Shown here one piece after another: positions 50,446 to 63,357 of a stretch of DNA of 64,000 nucleotides. Source of the stretch: the human T2T-CHM13v2.0 reference genome, Homo sapiens. Within the stretch, counting starts at the first letter, position 1; each line of letters starts with the position of its first letter. Under the pieces are notes generated by a model. It was not told where the DNA came from. It made no database searches and was given only the letters and a program-made list of their open reading frames with translations. The position numbers and the translations under genes are program-made. The stretch lies in the NCBI RefSeq assembly GCF_009914755.1, contig NC_060937.1. One strand, given 5' to 3'.

Positions 50446-52825
50446 TCAAAGCGCTCCAAATGTCCACATCCAGATACTCCAGAAAGAGTGTTTCAAACCT
50501 GCTCTATGAAAGGGAATCTTCAACTCTATGAGTTGAATGCAGACATCAGAAAGAAATTTCTGAGAATGCTGCTGTCTACCTTTTATTTGAATTCCCGCTT
50601 CCAACGAAATCCTCCAAGCTATCCAAATATCCACTTGCAGATTCCACAAAAAGAGTGTTTCAAAACTGCTCTCTATCAATGGCAAAGTTCAACTCTGTTA
50701 GTTGAGGACACATATCACCAACAAGTTTCTGAGAATGCTTCTGTCTATTTTTTATGGGAAGATATTTCCTTTTTCACCGTAGGCGTCAAGGCGATCGAAA
50801 TGTCCACTTCCACAAACTACAAAAAGAGTGTTTCAAACCTGCTCTATGAAAGGCCATGTTCATCTCTATGAGTCGAATGGAAATATCCGAAAGAAATTTC
50901 TGGGAATGCTGCTGTCTAGTTTTTATACGAATTCCCGCTTCCAACGAAATCCTCAAAGCAATCCAAATATCCACTTGCAGAATCCACAAAAAGAGTGTTT
51001 CAAAACTGCTCTATCAATAGAAAGGTTCAACTCTTTTAGTTGAGTACACACATCACAAACAAGTTTCTGAGAATGCTTCTGTCTGGCTTTTATTGGAAGA
51101 CGTTTCCTTTTCACCAAAGGCATCAAAGCGCTCCAAATGTCCACTTCCAGATTCTTCCAAAAGAGTGTTTGAAACGTGCTCAAAGTAAGGGAATGTTCAA
51201 CTCTGTGACTTGAATGCAGATATCACCAAGTAGTTTCTAATAGTGCTTCTGTCTAGATTTTAGATGATGATATTCCCGTTTCCAACGAAATCGTTAGAGC
51301 TATCCAAATATCCACTTACAGTTGCTACAAAAACAGTGTTTCCAAACTGCTGCATCAAAAGAAAGGTTCAACTCTGTTAGTTGAGGACACACGTCACAAA
51401 GAAGTTTGTGAGAATGCTTCTGTCTAGATTTTGTATGACGATATTCCCTTTTCCAACGATATCGTTAAAGCAATCTAAATATCCATTTGCAGAATCCACA
51501 AAAATAGAGTTTCAAAGCTGCTCTGTAAAAAGAAAGGTTCCACTCTGTTAGCTGAGTACACACATCACAAACTTGTTTCTGAGAATCCTTCTGTCTCGTT
51601 TTTATGGGAAGATATTTACTTTTTCACCGTAGGCATCAAAGCGCTCCAAATGTCCACATCCAGATACTCCAGAAAGAGTGTTTCAAACCTGCTCTATGAA
51701 AGGGAATCTTCAACTCTATGAGTTGAATGCAGACATCAGAAAGAAATTTCTGAGAATGCTGCTGTCTACCTTTTATTTGAATTCCCGCTTCCAACGAAAT
51801 CCTCCAAGCTATCCAAATATCCACTTGCAGATTCCACAAAAAGAGTGTTTCAAAACTGCTCTCTATCAATGGCAAAGTTCAACTCTGTTAGTTGAGGACA
51901 CATATCACCAACAAGTTTCTGAGAATGCTTCTGTCTATTTTTTATGGGAAGATATTTCCTTTTTCACCGTAGGCGTCAAGGCGATCGAAATGTCCACTTC
52001 CACAAACTACAAAAAGAGTGTTTCAAACCTGCTCTATGAAAGGCCATGTTCATCTCTATGAGTCGAATGGAAATATCCGAAAGAAATTTCTGGGAATGCT
52101 GCTGTCTAGTTTTTATACGAATTCCCGCTTCCAACGAAATCCTCAAAGCAATCCAAATATCCACTTGCAGAATCCACAAAAAGAGTGTTTCAAAACTGCT
52201 CTATCAATAGAAAGGTTCAACTCTTTTAGTTGAGTACACACATCACAAACAAGTTTCTGAGAATGCTTCTGTCTGGCTTTTATTGGAAGACGTTTCCTTT
52301 TCACCAAAGGCATCAAAGCGCTCCAAATGTCCACTTCCAGATTCTTCCAAAAGAGTGTTTGAAACGTGCTCAAAGTAAGGGAATGTTCAACTCTGTGACT
52401 TGAATGCAGATATCACCAAGTAGTTTCTAATAGTGCTTCTGTCTAGATTTTAGATGATGATATTCCCGTTTCCAACGAAATCGTTAGAGCTATCCAAATA
52501 TCCACTTACAGTTTCTACAAAAAGAGTGTTTCCAAACTGCTGCATCAAAAGAAAGGTTCAACTCTGTTAGTTGAGGACACACATCACAAAGAAGTTTGTG
52601 AGAATGCTTCTGTCTAGATTTTGTATGACCATATTCCCTTTTCCAGCGATATCATTAAAGCAATCTAAATATCCATTTGCAGAATCCACAAAAATAGGGT
52701 TTCAAAGCTGCTCTGTAAAAAGAAAGGTTCCACTCTGTTAGCTGAGTACACACATCACAAACTTGTTTCTGAGAATCCTTCTGTCTCGTTTTTATGGGAA
52801 GATATTTACTTTTTCACCGTAGGCA

Positions 52826-53503
52826 TCAAAGCGCTCCAAATGTCCACATCCAGATACTCCAGAAAGAGTGTTTCAAACCTGCTCTATGAAAGGGAATCTT
52901 CAACTCTATGAGTTGAATGCAGACATCAGAAAGAAATTTCTGAGAATGCTGCTGTCTACCTTTTATTTGAACTCCCGCTTCCAACGAAATCCTCCAAGCT
53001 ATCCAAATATCCACTTGCATTTTCCACAAAAAGAGTGCTTCAAAACTGCTCTATCAATAAATGTTCAACTCCTTTAGCTGGGTGCACACATCACAAACAA
53101 GTTTCTGAGAATGCTTCTGTCTAGTTTTTATGGGAAGACATTCCCTTTTTCACCAAAGGCATCAAAGCGCTCCAAATGTCCACTTCCAGACACTACAAAA
53201 AGAGTGTTTCCAACGTGCTCTAAGAAAGCGAATGTTCAACTCTGTGACTTGAATGCAGATATCACAAAGTAGTTTCTGAGAGGGCTTCTGTCTAGATTTT
53301 AGATGATGATATTCCCGTTTCCAACGAAATCATTAGAGCTATCCAAATATCCACTTACAGTTTCTACAAAAAGAGTGTTTCCAAACTGCTGCATCAAAAG
53401 AGAGGTTCCACTCTGTTAGCTGAGTACACACATCACAAACTTGTTTCTCAGAATCCTTCTGTCTCGTTTTTCTGGGAAGATATTTACTTTTTCACCGTAG
53501 GCA
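52826..53503 (-). repeat. 4-mer block, haplotype B (678 bp)
   Basis: Haplotype B markers. Confidence 0.9.
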
Positions 53504-54693
53504 TCAAAGCGCTCCAAATGTCCACATCCAGATACTCCAGAAAGAGTGTTTCAAACCTGCTCTATGAAAGGGAATCTTCAACTCTATGAGTTGAATGCAG
53601 ACATCAGAAAGAAATTTCTGAGAATGCTGCTGTCTACCTTTTATTTGAATTCCCGCTTCCAACGAAATCCTCCAAGCTATCCAAATATCCACTTGCAGAT
53701 TCCACAAAAAGAGTGTTTCAAAACTGCTCTCTATCAATGGCAAAGTTCAACTCTGTTAGTTGAGGACACATATCACCAACAAGTTTCTGAGAATGCTTCT
53801 GTCTATTTTTTATGGGAAGATATTTCCTTTTTCACCGTAGGCGTCAAGGCGATCGAAATGTCCACTTCCACAAACTACAAAAAGAGTGTTTCAAACCTGC
53901 TCTATGAAAGGCCATGTTCATCTCTATGAGTCGAATGGAAATATCCGAAAGAAATTTCTGGGAATGCTGCTGTCTAGTTTTTATACGAATTCCCGCTTCC
54001 AACGAAATCCTCAAAGCAATCCAAATATCCACTTGCAGAATCCACAAAAAGAGTGTTTCAAAACTGCTCTATCAATAGAAAGGTTCAACTCTTTTAGTTG
54101 AGTACACACATCACAAACAAGTTTCTGAGAATGCTTCTGTCTGGCTTTTATTGGAAGACGTTTCCTTTTCACCAAAGGCATCAAAGCGCTCCAAATGTCC
54201 ACTTCCAGATTCTTCCAAAAGAGTGTTTGAAACGTGCTCAAAGTAAGGGAATGTTAAACTCTGTGACTTGAATGCAGATATCACCAAGTAGTTTCTAATA
54301 GTGCTTCTGTCTAGATTTTAGATGATGATATTCCCGTTTCCAACGAAATCGTTAGAGCTATCCAAATATCCACTTACAGTTGCTACAAAAACAGTGTTTC
54401 CAAACTGCTGCATCAAAAGAAAGGTTCAACTCTGTTAGTTGAGGACACACATCACAAAGAAGTTTGTGAGAATGCTTCTGTCTAGATTTTGTATGACCAT
54501 ATTCCCTTTTCCAGCGATATCATTAAAGCAATCTAAATATCCATTTGCAGAATCCACAAAAATAGGGTTTCAAAGCTGCTCTGTAAAAAGAAAGGTTCCA
54601 CTCTGTTAGCTGAGTACACACATCACAAACTTGTTTCTGAGAATCCTTCTGTCTCGTTTTTATGGGAAGATATTTACTTTTTCACCGTAGGCA

Positions 54694-55371
54694 TCAAAGC
54701 GCTCCAAATGTCCACATCCAGATACTCCAGAAAGAGTGTTTCAAACCTGCTCTATGAAAGGGAATCTTCAACTCTATGAGTTGAATGCAGACATCAGAAA
54801 GAAATTTCTGAGAATGCTGCTGTCTACCTTTTATTTGAACTCCCGCTTCCAACGAAATCCTCCAAGCTATCCAAATATCCACTTGCATTTTCCACAAAAA
54901 GAGTGCTTCAAAACTGCTCTATCAATAAATGTTCAACTCCTTTAGCTGGGTGCACACATCACAAACAAGTTTCTGAGAATGCTTCTGTCTGGTTTTTATG
55001 GGAAGACATTCCCTTTTTCACCAAAGGCATCAAAGCGCTCCAAATGTCCACTTCCAGACACTACAAAAAGAGTGTTTCCAACGTGCTCTAAGAAAGCGAA
55101 TGTTCAACTCTGTGACTTGAATGCAGATATCACAAAGTAGTTTCTGAGAGGGCTTCTGTCTAGATTTTAGATGATGATATTCCCGTTTCCAACGAAATCA
55201 TTAGAGCTATCCAAATATCCACTTACAGTTTCTACAAAAAGAGTGTTTCCAAACTGCTGCATCAAAAGAGAGGTTCCACTCTGTTAGCTGAGTACACACA
55301 TCACAAACTTGTTTCTCAGAATCCTTCTGTCTCGTTTTTCTGGGAAGATATTTACTTTTTCACCGTAGGCA
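54694..55371 (-). repeat. 4-mer block, haplotype B' (678 bp)
   Basis: Haplotype B markers plus tctggtttt. Confidence 0.9.
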
Positions 55372-57751
55372 TCAAAGCGCTCCAAATGTCCACATCCAGA
55401 TACTCCAGAAAGAGTGTTTCAAACCTGCTCTATGAAAGGGAATCTTCAACTCTATGAGTTGAATGCAGACATCAGAAAGAAATTTCTGAGAATGCTGCTG
55501 TCTACCTTTTATTTGAATTCCCGCTTCCAACGAAATCCTCCAAGCTATCCAAATATCCACTTGCAGATTCCACAAAAAGAGTGTTTCAAAACTGCTCTCT
55601 ATCAATGGCAAAGTTCAACTCTGTTAGTTGAGGACACATATCACCAACAAGTTTCTGAGAATGCTTCTGTCTATTTTTTATGGGAAGATATTTCCTTTTT
55701 CACCGTAGGCGTCAAGGCGATCGAAATGTCCACTTCCACAAACTACAAAAAGAGTGTTTCAAACCTGCTCTATGAAAGGCCATGTTCATCTCTATGAGTC
55801 GAATGGAAATATCCGAAAGAAATTTCTGGGAATGCTGCTGTCTAGTTTTTATACGAATTCCCGCTTCCAACGAAATCCTCAAAGCAATCCAAATATCCAC
55901 TTGCAGAATCCACAAAAAGAGTGTTTCAAAACTGCTCTATCAATAGAAAGGTTCAACTCTTTTAGTTGAGTACACACATCACAAACAAGTTTCTGAGAAT
56001 GCTTCTGTCTGGCTTTTATTGGAAGACGTTTCCTTTTCACCAAAGGCATCAAAGCGCTCCAAATGTCCACTTCCAGATTCTTCCAAAAGAGTGTTTGAAA
56101 CGTGCTCAAAGTAAGGGAATGTTCAACTCTGTGACTTGAATGCAGATATCACCAAGTAGTTTCTAATAGTGCTTCTGTCTAGATTTTAGATGATGATATT
56201 CCCGTTTCCAACGAAATCGTTAGAGCTATCCAAATATCCACTTACAGTTGCTACAAAAACAGTGTTTCCAAACTGCTGCATCAAAAGAAAGGTTCAACTC
56301 TGTTAGTTGAGGACACACGTCACAAAGAAGTTTGTGAGAATGCTTCTGTCTAGATTTTGTATGACGATATTCCCTTTTCCAACGATATCGTTAAAGCAAT
56401 CTAAATATCCATTTGCAGAATCCACAAAAATAGAGTTTCAAAGCTGCTCTGTAAAAAGAAAGGTTCCACTCTGTTAGCTGAGTACACACATCACAAACTT
56501 GTTTCTGAGAATCCTTCTGTCTCGTTTTTATGGGAAGATATTTACTTTTTCACCGTAGGCATCAAAGCGCTCCAAATGTCCACATCCAGATACTCCAGAA
56601 AGAGTGTTTCAAACCTGCTCTATGAAAGGGAATCTTCAACTCTATGAGTTGAATGCAGACATCAGAAAGAAATTTCTGAGAATGCTGCTGTCTACCTTTT
56701 ATTTGAATTCCCGCTTCCAACGAAATCCTCCAAGCTATCCAAATATCCACTTGCAGATTCCACAAAAAGAGTGTTTCAAAACTGCTCTCTATCAATGGCA
56801 AAGTTCAACTCTGTTAGTTGAGGACACATATCACCAACAAGTTTCTGAGAATGCTTCTGTCTATTTTTTATGGGAAGATATTTCCTTTTTCACCGTAGGC
56901 GTCAAGGCGATCGAAATGTCCACTTCCACAAACTACAAAAAGAGTGTTTCAAACCTGCTCTATGAAAGGCCATGTTCATCTCTATGAGTCGAATGGAAAT
57001 ATCCGAAAGAAATTTCTGGGAATGCTGCTGTCTAGTTTTTATACGAATTCCCGCTTCCAACGAAATCCTCAAAGCAATCCAAATATCCACTTGCAGAATC
57101 CACAAAAAGAGTGTTTCAAAACTGCTCTATCAATAGAAAGGTTCAACTCTTTTAGTTGAGTACACACATCACAAACAAGTTTCTGAGAATGCTTCTGTCT
57201 GGCTTTTATTGGAAGACGTTTCCTTTTCACCAAAGGCATCAAAGCGCTCCAAATGTCCACTTCCAGATTCTTCCAAAAGAGTGTTTGAAACGTGCTCAAA
57301 GTAAGGGAATGTTCAACTCTGTGACTTGAATGCAGATATCACCAAGTAGTTTCTAATAGTGCTTCTGTCTAGATTTTAGATGATGATATTCCCGTTTCCA
57401 ACGAAATCGTTAGAGCTATCCAAATATCCACTTACAGTTTCTACAAAAAGAGTGTTTCCAAACTGCTGCATCAAAAGAAAGGTTCAACTCTGTTAGTTGA
57501 GGACACACGTCACAAAGAAGTTTGTGAGAATGCTTCTGTCTAGATTTTGTATGACCATATTCCCTTTTCCAGCGATATCATTAAAGCAATCTAAATATCC
57601 ATTTGCAGAATCCACAAAAATAGGGTTTCAAAGCTGCTCTGTAAAAAGAAAGGTTCCACTCTGTTAGCTGAGTACACACATCACAAACTTGTTTCTGAGA
57701 ATCCTTCTGTCTCGTTTTTATGGGAAGATATTTACTTTTTCACCGTAGGCA

Positions 57752-58429
57752 TCAAAGCGCTCCAAATGTCCACATCCAGATACTCCAGAAAGAGTGTTTC
57801 AAACCTGCTCTATGAAAGGGAATCTTCAACTCTATGAGTTGAATGCAGACATCAGAAAGAAATTTCTGAGAATGCTGCTGTCTACCTTTTATTTGAACTC
57901 CCGCTTCCAACGAAATCCTCCAAGCTATCCAAATATCCACTTGCATTTTCCACAAAAAGAGTGCTTCAAAACTGCTCTATCAATAAATGTTCAACTCCTT
58001 TAGCTGGGTGCACACATCACAAACAAGTTTCTGAGAATGCTTCTGTCTAGTTTTTATGGGAAGACATTCCCTTTTTCACCAAAGGCATCAAAGCGCTCCA
58101 AATGTCCACTTCCAGACACTACAAAAAGAGTGTTTCCAACGTGCTCTAAGAAAGCGAATGTTCAACTCTGTGACTTGAATGCAGATATCACAAAGTAGTT
58201 TCTGAGAGGGCTTCTGTCTAGATTTTAGATGATGATATTCCCGTTTCCAACGAAATCATTAGAGCTATCCAAATATCCACTTACAGTTTCTACAAAAAGA
58301 GTGTTTCCAAACTGCTGCATCAAAAGAGAGGTTCCACTCTGTTAGCTGAGTACACACATCACAAACTTGTTTCTGAGAATCCTTCTGTGTCGTTTTTATG
58401 GGAAGATATTTACTTTTTCACCGTAGGCA
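57752..58429 (-). repeat. 4-mer block, haplotype B (678 bp)
   Basis: Haplotype B markers; ends with the ctgagaatccttctgtgtcg variant. Confidence 0.9.
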
Positions 58430-60809
58430 TCAAAGCGCTCCAAATGTCCACATCCAGATACTCCAGAAAGAGTGTTTCAAACCTGCTCTATGAAAGGGAA
58501 TCTTCAACTCTATGAGTTGAATGCAGACATCAGAAAGAAATTTCTGAGAATGCTGCTGTCTACCTTTTATTTGAATTCCCGCTTCCAACGAAATCCTCCA
58601 AGCTATCCAAATATCCACTTGCAGATTCCACAAAAAGAGTGTTTCAAAACTGCTCTCTATCAATGGCAAAGTTCAACTCTGTTAGTTGAGGACACATATC
58701 ACCAACAAGTTTCTGAGAATGCTTCTGTCTATTTTTTATGGGAAGATATTTCCTTTTTCACCGTAGGCGTCAAGGCGATCGAAATGTCCACTTCCACAAA
58801 CTACAAAAAGAGTGTTTCAAACCTGCTCTATGAAAGGCCATGTTCATCTCTATGAGTCGAATGGAAATATCCGAAAGAAATTTCTGGGAATGCTGCTGTC
58901 TAGTTTTTATACGAATTCCCGCTTCCAACGAAATCCTCAAAGCAATCCAAATATCCACTTGCAGAATCCACAAAAAGAGTGTTTCAAAACTGCTCTATCA
59001 ATAGAAAGGTTCAACTCTTTTAGTTGAGTACACACATCACAAACAAGTTTCTGAGAATGCTTCTGTCTGGCTTTTATTGGAAGACGTTTCCTTTTCACCA
59101 AAGGCATCAAAGCGCTCCAAATGTCCACTTCCAGATTCTTCCAAAAGAGTGTTTGAAACGTGCTCAAAGTAAGGGAATGTTCAACTCTGTGACTTGAATG
59201 CAGATATCACCAAGTAGTTTCTAATAGTGCTTCTGTCTAGATTTTAGATGATGATATTCCCGTTTCCAACGAAATCGTTAGAGCTATCCAAATATCCACT
59301 TACAGTTGCTACAAAAACAGTGTTTCCAAACTGCTGCATCAAAAGAAAGGTTCAACTCTGTTAGTTGAGGACACACGTCACAAAGAAGTTTGTGAGAATG
59401 CTTCTGTCTAGATTTTGTATGACGATATTCCCTTTTCCAACGATATCGTTAAAGCAATCTAAATATCCATTTGCAGAATCCACAAAAATAGAGTTTCAAA
59501 GCTGCTCTGTAAAAAGAAAGGTTCCACTCTGTTAGCTGAGTACACACATCACAAACTTGTTTCTCAGAATCCTTCTGTCTCGTTTTTATGGGAAGATATT
59601 TACTTTTTCACCGTAGGCATCAAAGCGCTCCAAATGTCCACATCCAGATACTCCAGAAAGAGTGTTTCAAACCTGCTCTATGAAAGGGAATCTTCAACTC
59701 TATGAGTTGAATGCAGACATCAGAAAGAAATTTCTGAGAATGCTGCTGTCTACCTTTTATTTGAATTCCCGCTTCCAACGAAATCCTCCAAGCTATCCAA
59801 ATATCCACTTGCAGATTCCACAAAAAGAGTGTTTCAAAACTGCTCTCTATCAATGGCAAAGTTCAACTCTGTTAGTTGAGGACACATATCACCAACAAGT
59901 TTCTGAGAATGCTTCTGTCTATTTTTTATGGGAAGATATTTCCTTTTTCACCGTAGGCGTCAAGGCGATCGAAATGTCCACTTCCACAAACTACAAAAAG
60001 AGTGTTTCAAACCTGCTCTATGAACGGCCATGTTCATCTCTATGAGTCGAATGGAAATATCCGAAAGAAATTTCTGGGAATGCTGCTGTCTAGTTTTTAT
60101 ACGAATTCCCGCTTCCAACGAAATCCTCAAAGCAATCCAAATATCCACTTGCAGAATCCACAAAAAGAGTGTTTCAAAACTGCTCTATCAATAGAAAGGT
60201 TCAACTCTTTTAGTTGAGTACACACATCACAAACAAGTTTCTGAGAATGCTTCTGTCTGGCTTTTATTGGAAGACGTTTCCTTTTCACCAAAGGCATCAA
60301 AGCGCTCCAAATGTCCACTTCCAGATTCTTCCAAAAGAGTGTTTGAAACGTGCTCAAAGTAAGGGAATGTTCAACTCTGTGACTTGAATGCAGATATCAC
60401 CAAGTAGTTTCTAATAGTGCTTCTGTCTAGATTTTAGATGATGATATTCCCGTTTCCAACGAAATCGTTAGAGCTATCCAAATATCCACTTACAGTTTCT
60501 ACAAAAAGAGTGTTTCCAAACTGCTGCATCAAAAGAAAGGTTCAACTCTGTTAGTTGAGGACACACATCACAAGGAAGTTTGTGAGAATGCTTCTGTCTA
60601 GATTTTGTATGACCATATTCCCTTTTCCAGCGATATCATTAAAGCAATCTAAATATCCATTTGCAGAATCCACAAAAATAGAGTTTCAAAGCTGCTCTGT
60701 AAAAAGAAAGGTTCCACTCTGTTAGCTGAGTACACACATCACAAACTTGTTTCTGAGAATCCTTCTGTCTCGTTTTTATGGGAAGATATTTACTTTTTCA
60801 CCGTAGGCA

Positions 60810-61487
60810 TCAAAGCGCTCCAAATGTCCACATCCAGATACTCCAGAAAGAGTGTTTCAAACCTGCTCTATGAAAGGGAATCTTCAACTCTATGAGTTGA
60901 ATGCAGACATCAGAAAGAAATTTCTGAGAATGCTGCTGTCTACCTTTTATTTGAACTCCCGCTTCCAACGAAATCCTCCAAGCTATCCAAATATCCACTT
61001 GCATTTTCCACAAAAAGAGTGCTTCAAAACTGCTCTATCAATAAATGTTCAACTCCTTTAGCTGGGTGCACACATCACAAACAAGTTTCTGAGAATGCTT
61101 CTGTCTAGTTTTTATGGGAAGACATTCCCTTTTTCACCAAAGGCATCAAAGCGCTCCAAATGTCCACTTCCAGACACTACAAAAAGAGTGTTTCCAACGT
61201 GCTCTAAGAAAGCGAATGTTCAACTCTGTGACTTGAATGCAGATATCACAAAGTAGTTTCTGAGAGGGCTTCTGTCTAGATTTTAGATGATGATATTCCC
61301 GTTTCCAACGAAATCATTAGAGCTATCCAAATATCCACTTACAGTTTCTACAAAAAGAGTGTTTCCAAACTGCTGCATCAAAAGAGAGGTTCCACTCTGT
61401 TAGCTGAGTACACACATCACAAACTTGTTTCTCAGAATCCTTCTGTCTCGTTTTTCTGGGAAGATATTTACTTTTTCACCGTAGGCA
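60810..61487 (-). repeat. 4-mer block, haplotype B (678 bp)
   Basis: Haplotype B markers. Confidence 0.9.
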
Positions 61488-62677
61488 TCAAAGCGCTCCA
61501 AATGTCCACATCCAGATACTCCAGAAAGAGTGTTTCAAACCTGCTCTATGAAAGGGAATCTTCAACTCTATGAGTTGAATGCAGACATCAGAAAGAAATT
61601 TCTGAGAATGCTGCTGTCTACCTTTTATTTGAATTCCCGCTTCCAACGAAATCCTCCAAGCTATCCAAATATCCACTTGCAGATTCCACAAAAAGAGTGT
61701 TTCAAAACTGCTCTCTATCAATGGCAAAGTTCAACTCTGTTAGTTGAGGACACATATCACCAACAAGTTTCTGAGAATGCTTCTGTCTATTTTTTATGGG
61801 AAGATATTTCCTTTTTCACCGTAGGCGTCAAGGCGATCGAAATGTCCACTTCCACAAACTACAAAAAGAGTGTTTCAAACCTGCTCTATGAAAGGCCATG
61901 TTCATCTCTATGAGTCGAATGGAAATATCCGAAAGAAATTTCTGGGAATGCTGCTGTCTAGTTTTTATACGAATTCCCGCTTCCAACGAAATCCTCAAAG
62001 CAATCCAAATATCCACTTGCAGAATCCACAAAAAGAGTGTTTCAAAACTGCTCTATCAATAGAAAGGTTCAACTCTTTTAGTTGAGTACACACATCACAA
62101 ACAAGTTTCTGAGAATGCTTCTGTCTGGCTTTTATTGGAAGACGTTTCCTTTTCACCAAAGGCATCAAAGCGCTCCAAATGTCCACTTCCAGATTCTTCC
62201 AAAAGAGTGTTTGAAACGTGCTCAAAGTAAGGGAATGTTCAACTCTGTGACTTGAATGCAGATATCACCAAGTAGTTTCTAATAGTGCTTCTGTCTAGAT
62301 TTTAGATGATGATATTCCCGTTTCCAACGAAATCGTTAGAGCTATCCAAATATCCACTTACAGTTGCTACAAAAACAGTGTTTCCAAACTGCTGCATCAA
62401 AAGAAAGGTTCAACTCTGTTAGTTGAGGACACACATCACAAAGAAGTTTGTGAGAATGCTTCTGTCTAGATTTTGTATGACCATATTCCCTTTTCCAGCG
62501 ATATCATTAAAGCAATCTAAATATCCATTTGCAGAATCCACAAAAATAGAGTTTCAAAGCTGCTCTGTAAAAAGAAAGGTTCCACTCTGTTAGCTGAGTA
62601 CACACATCACAAACTTGTTTCTCAGAATCCTTCTGTCTCGTTTTTATGGGAAGATATTTACTTTTTCACCGTAGGCA

Positions 62678-63357
62678 TCAAAGCGCTCCAAATGTCCACA
62701 TCCAGATACTCCAGAAAGAGTGTTTCAAACCTGCTCTATGAAAGGGAATCTTCAACTCTATGAGTTGAATGCAGACATCAGAAAGAAATTTCTGAGAATG
62801 CTGCTGTCTACCTTTTATTTGAATTCCCGCTTCCAACGAAATCCTCCAAGCTATCCAAATATCCACCTGCATTTTCCACAAAAAGAGCGTTTCAAAACTG
62901 CTCTATCAATAGAAATGTTCAACTCCTTTGGCTGGGTACACACATCACAAACAAGTTTCTGAGAATGCTTCTGTCTAGTTTTTATGGGAAGACATTCCCT
63001 TTTTCACCAAAGGCATCAAAGCGCTCCAAATGTCCACTTCCAGACACTACAAAAAGAGTGTTTCCAACGTGCTCTAAGAAAGCGAATGTTCAACTCTGTG
63101 ACTTGAATGCAGATATCACAAAGTAGTTTCTGAGAGGGCTTCTGTCTAGATTTTAGATGATGATATTCCCGTTTCCAACGAAATCATTAGAGCTATCCAA
63201 ATATCCACTTACAGTTTCTACAAAAAGAGTGTTTCCAAACTGCTGCATCAAAAGAGAGGTTCCACTCTGTTAGCTGAGTACACACATCACAAACTTGTTT
63301 CTCAGAATCCTTCTGTCTCGTTTTTCTGGGAAGATATTTACTTTTTCACCGTAGGCA
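62678..63357 (-). repeat. 4-mer block, haplotype A (680 bp)
   Basis: Haplotype A markers. Confidence 0.9.

Noticed and set aside
3709-63357. A code or fixed super-period in the 7/4 block order
   Set aside because: Run lengths (3,2,7,5,4,7,2,3,1,1,1,2,1,2,2,1) are aperiodic apart from the local duplications reported, and ordinary unequal exchange explains them.
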